A DNA stretch of 64,000 nucleotides from Lama glama. Taxonomy: Eukaryota. Shown here piece by piece: positions 1 to 9,900 of this stretch (position 1 is the first letter of the stretch; the number at the start of each line of letters is the position of its first letter). The DNA is taken from NCBI GenBank assembly GCA_028534125.1, contig CM052816.1:77936001-78000000 (forward strand). The letters are read 5' to 3'. Under the pieces are notes generated by a model, which worked only from the letters and a program-made list of their open reading frames with translations, did not search any database and was not told the origin of the DNA. Made by a program: the position numbers and the translations under genes.

Positions 1-294
1 GAGAGTCAGCACCCATCCCACCTTTGTATTTGTTGGTAATGCTGTCAAGTGCATCAAGGAAGCTGTCATTTAAAATAGAGGGTGATGAAATTTTGTAATG
101 TGAGGAATTTTAAAGGTAAGACTCCATTATGTAGTTCTTATACTATTTCAATTTTATTGAAAGAAAATCATATTTGTACCTTGTTGAAAAGTAGAAATAA
201 CTTATTATAAAAAATGACATTAGCTGGGAGTTTTCTTAAGAGGTTATATAAATCTTAGACTGATCTTTTCATATAAATATGCATGCACATGTTT

Positions 295-352
295 GTATAT
301 ATGTGTATATGTATGTATGTGCATGTGTGTATACACACACACACACACACAC
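295..352. repeat. Compound (TA/TG)n-(CA)n microsatellite
   Basis: gtatatatgtgtatatgtatgtatgtgcatgtgtgtatacacacacacacacacacaca read directly. Confidence 0.9.
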
Positions 353-2454
353 AGAGAACTTCTATTTTTCATGTACTTGGTCTGCAGAACAGTTGGTCCT
401 TTACCTGGGGTAAGAGTAGCAAAGAATATCAGGTTAAATGGCCCCACCCCCAGGGGTTTCCACTGCCTCTTTGCAGACAACCTTTCAGGAGATGCTCCCC
501 CTGTGAGGCAGGGCTGCCCAGCCCCACAGCGGCCCCAGGTACAGCATCCCCTGGCTTCACACCCAGGGTCTAGCCCACCCCAGAACTAGGCACTACCTGC
601 AGTGAGGGCATCCTGGCTGCTGGTTCTCCATGCTGCTCACCTGTGTGGCCTTGGCTGAGGCTGTAGTTCACCCCTGTAGACCCCAGCGTATTAACCCTTG
701 CCCTTCCAGTGCACAGAAGCTGGACACTGTGCACTGAAGGACAGAGACTGGTCCTCCCCAGAGCAAGAAACACCTGGGCCTTCTCTCCAAGGCTCCTGCA
801 TCCTTGAGGCTGGGAGACAGCTCCTGTAGGAGAGGGCCACTGTGGGTCCGAGGGTCCAGCTCCTTCTCTCCTGGGCCTCTCAGAGCCCACTCCCACTCTG
901 GGAAAGGGGTCACCCCCTCATTGCTTTGCACACAACCTTGTGCTGCCCCCATCTTGGGCCCACAGCTTGAAGGCAGGCTGAAAACCAGCTTAGACCACCA
1001 GCTAGGCCGGGGTGAGGAGGGGACAACCCAATACGAGTATAAAATGACCCCTTTGATTAAAATATAATTAACCTGTACTGTTTTTAAGAGAAATCTAACA
1101 TTTAGGAGAATACTTTGTCTACTACATGCCAGCTTAGCCAAGATAACGTTTTGCATTATGTGCCTTTTGATTCGGCTGTTACAGGGTACAGGAGGACTCC
1201 GAGTTCTCACCATAGTTCCTGTAAAAACTCAGTTACCTTTACAAGATAGTCAATATCCCAGGTCTTTGTTCCTGAGGTAATGTTACTATTTTTTGCCCAT
1301 AATCGAGGGAGGCGAAGTCTCTGCAGTGAACGGTTTGGTTTGTTCCCAGAGTCTGGCCCAGCACAAGGTTTCGTTTGTTTAAATAACACTGTTTATACAA
1401 AGGACACATCAAAGTTAAAATATTTTACATAGGATAATGCCAAAATATTTGGTTGGACCCGGTAGGATGACTTAAATGCATTTGAGCATTTTGACTTTTC
1501 AAAACCTTTAGCTTTGAGATGTCCATGTTTTCCCAGATATATCCTCCAAGTGGGTCTGGGAAATGAGCACATGTTTGACTTTTTTCTTTTTTTTTTAATA
1601 TGACGCTCCTCTTTTGTGGTTTGCAAGTATTTTACTATCAAAGTTAATGCTAATGAGGGCCATTTGTGTAGCTGACATTCTGCCAAGCCCTTTATAGGAT
1701 GAAGAAGAAAGTGATAGGCCATTAGGTCTTAATTTGGGGAACTAATCCAAACCCAGACTCAAACCCCCTTCTTTCCCCTCACTCAGTGAACTCCAGGAAG
1801 ACAGAGGCAGCTGCGGGCTCCTTGTTTCCTCTCGGGGAGTTTACTTGCCTGGGCAGGATTCAAGGCCTCTACAGAAATGTGAAGGATGGGCTCAGTGAGG
1901 TGTGTGGCGCTCACTGCCCCCCGATGCCTAGTTTTGACAAATTGAGGTCTCTCTATGAATGAATGAACTCAGTCAGCAGCAAAAAGCCTGGAACTAGGAA
2001 TTTAGTTGGAAGAGACAGGTCTATTTGCTCTGTGGTTTGGAAAATATAGTGTTGCCCTTTTCTGGTTTCCAAGATTTATATCCATGTAAAAATTTTAGCA
2101 TAAATATTTATTTTTTACTCTATTTTTCAAGAAGAGGAAGGTGGGGGGCAACCTTCCGTTCAATAAGAATCATCTATGTCCTGAACTTGAAGCTTAAGTA
2201 TTCCCACCGTAACATCAAGGTACGAGGGAGATTTCCCATCCAAAGGAGAAGTTCTCATTAGCTACACTCTTTAGTTGAACACAGCGAACATGGATTGACT
2301 GCTTCCCTGGGTGCCAGGAAGCCTTTTAATTCAGGCTGATGATCCGTTCACCACCGCACCCAAAAGCATAAGTGGTTGGTGCATTCACACTGCTACACTC
2401 ATCAGCCTGAAAAGGCCAAGTGGAGTTTAAAATAAAGGAGAAAAGGTTCTCATA

Positions 2455-2565
2455 ACAAAGTATAAATATGCCCCCAAGCATTATTAGAGACTGCTTATAC
2501 TAAAAATTCATTCGCTAGTTATCTGGAATTCAAATTTAACTAGGTATTCTGTATTTTATCTGGCA
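2455..2565 (+). mobile_element. MER53-like hAT MITE, one arm
   Basis: cttatactaaaaattcattcgctagttatctggaattcaaatttaactaggtattctgtattttatctggcaa matches the recalled MER53 3' arm. Confidence 0.7.
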
Positions 2566-2836
2566 AGCAAAGTCAGTGGACAGAGCCATGAGGTCAAAAT
2601 GTCTTTTAAAAAAAAGGGAGGGATAGTGTTTTTCTGGAACTTTGAAAGTGTCAGGCAATAAGTAAGAACATTATAAATGCTGATTCAAATCATTATAATT
2701 CTAGTAATATAAATTTGTGTAATTTATCATGTTCTATAATGAGTCTCTAAACCAGTGTTAAGTGGAACTTTTATAACTCGAATGTTTTCCCATTCATTTA
2801 TGTTAAAATTTTAGTAATATTTCATCATTTTATTTA

Positions 2837-2914
2837 ATTAATCTGCAGTTGATTCATAATCAATTTTAACTTTCTGATTAATCTGCAGTTGATTCATAAT
2901 CAATTTTAACTTTC
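2837..2914. repeat. Exact 38-bp tandem duplication, period 40
   Basis: attaatctgcagttgattcataatcaattttaactttc at 2837-2874 and 2877-2914, separated by tg. Confidence 0.95.
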
Positions 2915-3654
2915 CATGTTCCCAGGTTCTTAAGTTAATGATCTATTCAGGAGTTCTTGACTAGAGCCCAGGATCCCATCATGTGAATCCTTTTGTAGAA
3001 CAAAGAGTCTTTTTTGAAATCTGAAGACTTTTTTTGTATTCTGATTAATCACCACTGCCAAGCAGTTTTAGGAGTCAGATTTTTGTGCAAACATGGTTTT
3101 TTAAAAACTGAGCACACCTGATTTCCTCTTTTATAGCTTATTATTGGGGAAAAAAGTCACAAATAGTATAAGCAGCTCATTTTTCAAAATAAGTAGTTCA
3201 TTTCTTTAACTCAGAGTGATATAAAGGTTTTTGTTTGTTTTGTTTTAAAGAAAGAAAGGAGGGAGGGAGGGAGGGTGGGAGCTTCCTAAGGAAGTCCAAT
3301 TAGAAAGTGGTTTGGAGAAGATGACAAATTCGGAGTACATGCCCTCTCCTCCGGTCCTCCTTGAGAAAACCTTACTCCCAGGGAGCCAGAGCCCCTCCGA
3401 CGACTTGGGAGGAGGTGGGCTTTGAGAGCTGACACTTCAAAGCTGCAGGAAGCCGGCACAGGAGGCAGTAGGAGACGGTCACTCAGCTCGCAGGTGGACG
3501 GTGACTGTACCACTCTGGCACTGCGGCTTCTCGTGCGATGCAGGCTGTTTATTTTGTGTGTTTTATCTCATCACAGTGCGGCTCTCAGCTGGAGAGCAAG
3601 TGTCCCCTTGAAAACTCAAGGACTCTTTCTCTCTCCCCTCTTAAAGTGACCTAA

Positions 3655-4660
3655 TTCGTTCAAAAACCATTGAGGGCCTCCAGGGACCAGATCCTCCTGT
3701 AAGCACTTGGGATCCACTGCGGGCAAACCAAGGAAAGGTCATGGCCTCCCGGAGGCAGCATTTGCTCAGACAGAAGACAAATAACTAACGTGAGAAATAA
3801 GTTATGCGGTGTGTTGGAAGGTAGCAAGTATTATGCTGGGGAGGGAAAAGCAGGGAAGGAGGGTCTGGATTGGGGCTCAGGGAGGGACTGCGCTTTAGAC
3901 AGGGAGGTCAAGGTAGGACTTGGAGGTGGTGACATTTGAGAAAAGACTGGAAGGGGATGTGGGAGTGAGCCACTGGGTGCCCTGCAGGAACAGTGTTCCA
4001 GACAGAGAGAGAATAGCCAGCACAAAGGCCCCGAGTCCCCACTTGTGTCTGACCCATGCAATTCTACACCGATGACAATTTTGCCCCCAGGGGACATTTG
4101 GCAATGTCTGGAGACACTGTAGTTTGTCACTACTGGGACGAGAGGTAGGGAAATATTACTGGCATCTCCTGGGTAGAGGCCAGGGGTGCAATGAAACATC
4201 CTAGAATGCTTCCACGACCAACAATGTTCCCACCCAAAATATTAGTAGTGCTGAGTCTGAGAAATTCTGTGTCTGAGGAACAGTAAGGAGACCAGGGAAG
4301 CTGGAGGGGAGGCCGTGAGGAGGAGAGAAGTCGAATATGAGGTCAGTAGTAACAAAGGCTGAGACAGAGGCAGAGGCCAGCTCCGGGGGTCCTTAGGCCA
4401 GTGTGGACTTTGGCTTTTACTCCAAGATAAATGGGGCACACCATTGGAGGGTTTGGAGCAGAGGATGGACATAAGCTGCATTAACAGTTTCAGGAGTGTC
4501 GCTCTGGCTGCCCGCTGGAAAACAGACCAAGAGAGGGCAAGGCTGGAATGTGGAGGGCTCAGGCTGTTGTGGTTACCCAGGCAGGAGGTGCGGGGCTCAG
4601 ACCAGGCAGACGCAGCTTGGAGACTCTGTGCAGCAGAGCCACGCAATGTCAGATTTTAGA
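3655..4660 (-). mobile_element. L2 LINE fragment interrupted by MER20
   Basis: L2-like text on both sides of the MITE: attcgttcaaaaaccattgagggcc…, gaggtggtgacatttgag, ggactttggcttttactc…ccattggagggtttggagcagagg. Confidence 0.65.
4072..4270 (+). mobile_element. MER20 hAT-Charlie DNA transposon
   Basis: attttgcccccaggggacatttggcaatgtctggagac…tactggcatctcctgggtagaggccagggg…tagtgctgagtctgagaaattctg, the characteristic MER20 text. Confidence 0.85.
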
Positions 4661-4749
4661 TTTAGGGCAACAAGGTGATCTGGAAATTCCACACCATCCC
4701 CACTCTTTTTACTACTGTATGGCATATATTTTATACGTATTATATATTC

Positions 4750-4812
4750 TCTAGATAGACAGATATGTATTATATATTATCTACAGATAGATAGGTAATA
4801 GATGGATAGATG
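4750..4812. repeat. Degenerate (GATA)n/(TA)n simple repeat
   Basis: tagatagacagatatg…cagatagataggtaatagatggatagat. Confidence 0.6.
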
Positions 4813-5689
4813 TGGTTAAGCTGCCTTCGCTGGGTTATGTTTCACACAACAGGACACCTGATACCTGTTTTAACAATCAGTTCATAACAAAACAATTTGA
4901 TGTGGGTTAGGCACAATGTAATCCTGCTTTAAGATGGTCTTGGCAAAAAAATATTCAGTCTTGCTAACAATTCTTTTGTGGTATATTTTTCTAAGCCACG
5001 TATAACCCTAAACATACTAAATTACCTGAAAATGGGATGAGGGGAGCATAAAAGTTCTAGTACCTAATAAACAGGCATTTGAATTGCTTTCCTCTTTTAG
5101 AAATGTATTCAGTTGTTCAAATAGGTTCTCTCCTCTTACTTGATCAGCCAACGCAAATGCTTGGAACACAGCAGAAGATGCTGAAAGATCGCTAATCCAT
5201 GCGTTTGCCCGAAGGTCTCAAATGTCATAGAGGCGGCACCTCAATCGTTCCTCCATGTGAGCTCCCTCAGGTGCACATCTCTTGTCCTTTCTGCAGCCAA
5301 AGCCAGTGAGTCATGTGACAGCCTGCAGCAGAGGCTGGACCCCACCCCATCCGACCACAAACAGCATTTTGTTCCATGTATTGCTTTGATACATTTAAAT
5401 GTCACCTTATGGGAAGACCATATATTTTTTAAGTCATGCATCCAAGAAAGTGGTAAATTAGTAGAAAAAGTAGGCTGCTTTTTCAGTCTCAACTTTTATT
5501 TTTTCAGGAAGCTTTAAAATATAGTTGAGTTCAGGAGCTTCTCATGTGATCATGGGTCTCGTCCCACTCAGCTGTGCAGAGGCATTGAGTCGGGGTGGAT
5601 TTTAGGGCAGAGCGCTCGGTATTCCAGGCGAAGTGGAAATATATTCCAATCCTGATCCAAGATTAGTCCTTTTATCATCCTCTCAGAGA

Positions 5690-5865
5690 GGGTTTCTCAA
5701 AGTGTAGTCCGTGGACTGCCTACCACAGAGTTCCTCCAGAGCTTGTTAACAATGCAGATTTCTTGGTCCTTTCCCATGCCCCCACCAAGGGTAGGGCCAG
5801 GACTCTGCATTTCCGTAAGCCTCCCAGCACAGTGTCATCCACGCTCATGGCTGAGAACCATGGCT
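5690..5865. mobile_element. MER5A-like hAT MITE
   Basis: gtttctcaaagtgtagtcc…cttgttaacaatgcagattt…ctctgcattt…tgagaaccatgg, with inverted termini. Confidence 0.65.
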
Positions 5866-6235
5866 CTCAGTTATGTTACTAGACAAGAAAAACAACCCTC
5901 CATCAGCAACCTCAGTGTAGACTTGTTGAAATTGGCAGATGTTATTCAAATGCAAAATTCACTTCTAAGGATCTGTTTTCTACAAGGAAGTGTGTCACAC
6001 ACACCCACATAATTTCCTCTTTCAACCAAACAATCTTCCTTCCACAGTCTTGGTGGGGGCCTTTTGGTCTGTGATCTTGGGGGCTTACAGTGGTCCCTGA
6101 GCTCGGTCCCTGAGCTGGTAGCTTCGCCGTGGGTCCCAGCTTGGCTGCCTCTAGGAGAGACTTTGATCTTGAAGACTCCTTGGAACAGCCCTTGTTGTTG
6201 TCTCACATGACCTCTTCTGTTTTCTTGTTGTGCAG

Positions 6236-6720
6236 CAAATATGCCAGAGGATTATCCCGATCAGTTTGATGATGTCATGGATTTTATTCAAGCCACCATC
6301 AGGAGACTGAAAAGGTCACCAGATAAACAAATGGCCGTCCTTCCGCGGAGAGACCGGCACCGGCAGGCCACGGCGGCTGGCCCGGAGACGTCCAGGGGGA
6401 AAGCTCGGCGGGGCCAGAGGGGCCGAAATCGGGGGTGTGTCTTGACTGCCGTCCATTTAAATGTCACTGATTTGGGTTTGGGCTATGAAACCAAGGAGGA
6501 ACTCATTTTCAGGTACTGCAGCGGCTCCTGTGATGCAGCCGAGACAATGTATGACAAAATATTAAAAAACTTATCCAAAAATAGAAGGCTGGTGAGTGAC
6601 AAAGTCGGGCAGGCGTGTTGCAGACCCATCGCCTTTGATGACGACCTGTCCTTTTTAGATGATAACCTGGTTTACCATATTCTAAGAAAGCATTCCGCTA
6701 AAAGGTGTGGATGTATCTGA
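6236..6720 (+). CDS. GDNF: Glial cell line-derived neurotrophic factor, last coding exon (partial CDS); mature chain 6316-6717 after RLKR
   Basis: Translation (S)NMPEDYPDQFDDVMDFIQATIRRLKR|SPDKQMAVLP…GCVLTAVHLNVTDLGLGYETKEELIFRYCSGSC…QACCRPIAFDDDLSFLDD…SAKRCGCI*. Seven-cysteine knot pattern, N-glycosylation sequons NVT and NLS, canonical AG acceptor at 6234-6235. Confidence 0.99.
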
Positions 6721-6822
6721 CTCTGGCTCCAGAGACCGCTGTGTATTGCATTCCTGCTACAGTGCAAAGAAAGGGACCAAGGTTCCCAGAAAATGTTTGC
6801 CCAGAAGGGAAGATGAGGACCA

Positions 6823-6847
6823 AGGAGGTGGAGGAGGAGGAGGAAGG
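6823..6847 (+). repeat. Interrupted (AGG)n repeat in the proximal GDNF 3' UTR
   Basis: aggaggtggaggaggaggaggaagg; position corresponds to the known polymorphic AGG repeat of the human GDNF 3' UTR. Confidence 0.85.
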
Positions 6848-7647
6848 CAGCCGTTGTGGGAGCCTGGTAGAGAGAGATCCAGCTACAGAAAACCGGACGG
6901 GAGAGAGGAAACAGCCGTCCACCTTCTCCCGGACAGCAGCCAACGGCGGCAGCAGCTCAGGGCTGGTGTCCCTGGTTGGGTGTTGCCATCTTTCCATCTG
7001 ATACAGTCCACCGGCACCGGTCACAGGCGCAGTTGCGGATGCACATGAAACCAAACCAGTGTGTCTCCTGTGGTTTGTTTTCACATGTCAGGAGTCACCA
7101 GGGAAACAGTCCTCCTGGTGTCATTCCTTGTCGTTACGTTTTACTGCTGAAAGCAAGAAAGGTTTATTTTTCTGTCACTCAATGGAGACATACCCCAGAA
7201 GGAGGGAAAAGAAGAAGAAAACAAACAAACAAAAAAAACAAAGACACAAGAGATAAAGTAACCTTTGATTTTGAAGGTTCAGGCCTGAGGTTTACTACAA
7301 CCAGCGATTTGGGGAACGGTGGGTGATTGATCTTGAACATGATGTGTGGGGTGGGAAGAAGTTGGCTAGGAACCAAAAAGGCTGTCCTCATGACTAAAAC
7401 CAAACCTGAAGGTATTTCCTTTCTGTCCTTGGAAACAGGAAACCAGTTGTGGTTTTCGGCAGCATTCTTGCAGGAGAGCGTGCAGGGAAGGCCCCCAGCT
7501 GCACCGAGGCGGGGAGGCCCGCCGGGTCTGTTGGTTTACAGAGAGACAGATGTTACATACACCCCAGCTCCGTTATGCGTGGTCACCAGTGACCAGAGAA
7601 GCTACTCGATGCAATGCATCTGTTTCAGATACAGAAATATAGAGAAG

Positions 7648-7724
7648 ATATTTATTGAGATTTAAGTTATTGTTATTTATTACCATTCACTAATGCATTT
7701 CTCTTTCTTCCCTTATTTATTAAA
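7648..7724 (+). promoter_or_regulatory. AU-rich element cluster in the GDNF 3' UTR
   Basis: ATTTA at 7650 and 7660; TTATTTATT nonamers at 7673-7681 and 7713-7721. Confidence 0.75.
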
Positions 7725-9333
7725 GTTTCTTTTCAAAGGTGCCAAAGTATATGTGCTCGCAAAATGCAAAGAAAGGTGACAAAGGAAATTTTAATTGGGA
7801 ACAAGGGTCCATGCTTTTCAAAGTATTAAAAAGTTTTGCGCGAGGCAAAAATCACTTACTTTACCTTTTTAAGAGAAGCCCTCCTGTGATTTCCCCAGAT
7901 TTCAGCATCTTACCTGTTTTTCTATTGTAGAAAAGAAACACATCAGAAGGGGCGTTTCTGGCAGGCCCCCTTTGCGGGAGCCGTGCGCAGAGACAACGGC
8001 ACTGGGCTCTGTTTCTTCACGGCTCCATCTCTGAACAGATCTGCCGTGTGCTTCACTCCCGGTCGTGTTTGAGCGCTCCCTCCCTCCTCATGTGTCTGTC
8101 TGCGATATGCATAACCATATGTAGCAAAGGTTAAAGTCCCTTCAGTAGGTAGTCCTGGGTCCATGTTGACCTCAAGGTAATGATCCTGCCAGGTAGCCGG
8201 GGTGCTGCCCTGATGGTGGAGACTCTTCCTCCATCCTTCTATCCGCCATCTTCCTGAGAAACGCGCTCAGGGCTCAGTGCAGCCAAGGAGCGCAGCGGGC
8301 CTTACAGAAGTGGGGTTGGCCGGGTTGCTAGAAAAGCCACCAGTTGCTGGCCCCGTACACCCGACCCCTCTCTCAGAGGAAGGTGGTCCAGAAGGGTGGA
8401 CAAGGAAGACGGCCTGCCCAGCCTCGGCAAACACACACCTCAGAGTGCGCCCCCTGGATGCTAAAAGCCTTCCACGGGGTAGGAGTGTAGGGTGAGAACA
8501 ACCATCCCAGCGCCCCAGGTCAGGGATGTGTCCCGCAGCTGACCCATGCGCAGGGCCCTGGGCCCTACTGTAGAGCTTGTCACACATCCCATAAAAGGGA
8601 TTTTTATCAACGAGATCATCTATCACTACCTTAGTGGCTATTAGCCCCAAAGTATGACCGATTTAGTGATTTAAAGTCTACTGGCCTCTCTCAAATAATC
8701 ATGTTAGTTTTACAAAGTAACCAAGCAGCAGCAGTTACCAGACATCCCTCCCCCTGCCACCCAAAGGACCCAAGTTGTCCATCATTCTGCCCCCTCTGCC
8801 CTTTCTGCTCCCCTCACATAACTCAAAAATGGAGGAAAAGGGCCTCCCTCCTGCCCCATCTTGGGGCCCAAGTAGGGACCTTGCTGAGGAGCAGCCTGCT
8901 CAAAGTAGGGACAGACCCCACTCACAAGTCACTCATGAAGCACAGTCTGATGCAGCCCCAGGGTCCCCTGTCCAAACCAGAGTGTCCTGGCCGATTTGGT
9001 ATCTGGTGTCCCCAGGGGTCAGCCTCAGCCCCAGCTCCGCGTGGACAGTCTCCGCCCACAGGGGCGGTAGGAGTCAACGGGTGCTGACAGCTTGTTCCCA
9101 GCATCACCTACACACCATAAGCAGGTTTTAACAGAAGCCAATTGCTCCACCAAATCCATAAAAGGGTAAAGTTTGTGATTTTTCTTTATCATTGCGATTA
9201 TCATCTGATCCAGGAAGGAGTGCACTTCTTAAGAAGTTCTGACTTCTCTGATCTGTCTCGGTCGTTTGTGTTATACAACCAAAGTTCTCTACAGACTTTA
9301 TTTTTGTACAATATTATTTTGTAACTTTTTACA

Positions 9334-9339
9334 AATAAA
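9334..9339 (+). terminator. GDNF: GDNF polyadenylation signal AATAAA
   Basis: acaAATAAAaactc, with a U-rich upstream region containing TGTA motifs and a U/GU-rich downstream region (ctctgtacttctgtgct). Confidence 0.8.
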
Positions 9340-9524
9340 AACTCATTTCTATCGCCCTCTGTACTTCTGTGCTTCCTCACGGGCCGGTGGACCACGACTG
9401 GCGCAGGCTGCAAGGCCGTCCCCTTTGCCACCGCTCAACCCGCTGGTTGGTCAATGGTCTTGTCCATCAACTCTCCACAACCAATCACCACCCAAGTGGG
9501 GGAAAATGTGCAAAGTTGTTCTTC

Positions 9525-9900
9525 ACTTATTAATTTAACAAATATTTAGGGCGTGCAACACTGTGCCAGGCACTGTCCAAGGCACTGGGGATCCAACAGT
9601 GGCCAAAAAAACAAACAAAAAACAAAACAAAAAAACTCTGCTCAATGTTGTGAAGTTGATATTTTATTTGAGGGGAACAGACATATTCAAAAAGGTAAAA
9701 ATATATAGGGATCCAGGTGTTGACAAATGAGTCACCATTTATAAAGAATATGAATAGGATATCATAATAGAAACTAACAGGGGCCTACTTTAACTAGAGG
9801 TGACATTGAGGCAGGACTTAAGAGTTAGGAGTGTCCTGGCAAAACCCCGAGGCAGGCAAGTGCTTGGACCAGGCCACCGCTTTGCACAACCCTGGGTGAC
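9525..9900 (-). mobile_element. L2 LINE 3' end
   Basis: ttaacaaatatttagggcgtgcaacactgtgccaggcactgtccaaggcactggggat…gaggtgacattgag, the reverse complement of the L2 tail. Confidence 0.75.

Larger units (their letters stand above)
1..6235 (+). other. GDNF: 3' part of the last GDNF intron; the upstream coding exon lies outside the window
   Basis: Polypyrimidine tract and acceptor cttctgttttcttgttgtgcag end at 6235, directly before CA AAT ATG CCA (…S-N-M-P-E-D-Y). No signal-peptide exon seen in 1-6235. Confidence 0.9.
6721..9360 (+). other. GDNF: GDNF 3' UTR (~2.6 kb; 3' end inferred from the poly(A) signal)
   Basis: Repeat-free stretch from the stop codon to AATAAA at 9334-9339, containing an AGG repeat, AU-rich elements and miRNA seed matches. 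Confidence 0.85.

Noticed and set aside
244..1213. Several overlapping ORFs at the window start
   Set aside because: Products of microsatellite and GC-rich intron sequence (HTHT/CVCV runs); no homology recognised.
2837..2914. CRISPR-like repeat
   Set aside because: Only two adjacent copies with a 2-nt gap, no spacers or cas genes, and the context is eukaryotic.
6241..6720. ORF-track start at ATG 6241 as a complete 159-aa protein
   Set aside because: The Met is internal to the GDNF pro-region. The exon starts at 6236 after an AG acceptor, and the signal peptide is encoded upstream of the window.
6698..7665. ORFs overlapping the GDNF stop and 3' UTR on both strands
   Set aside because: No homology; explained by GC-rich UTR and the AGG repeat.
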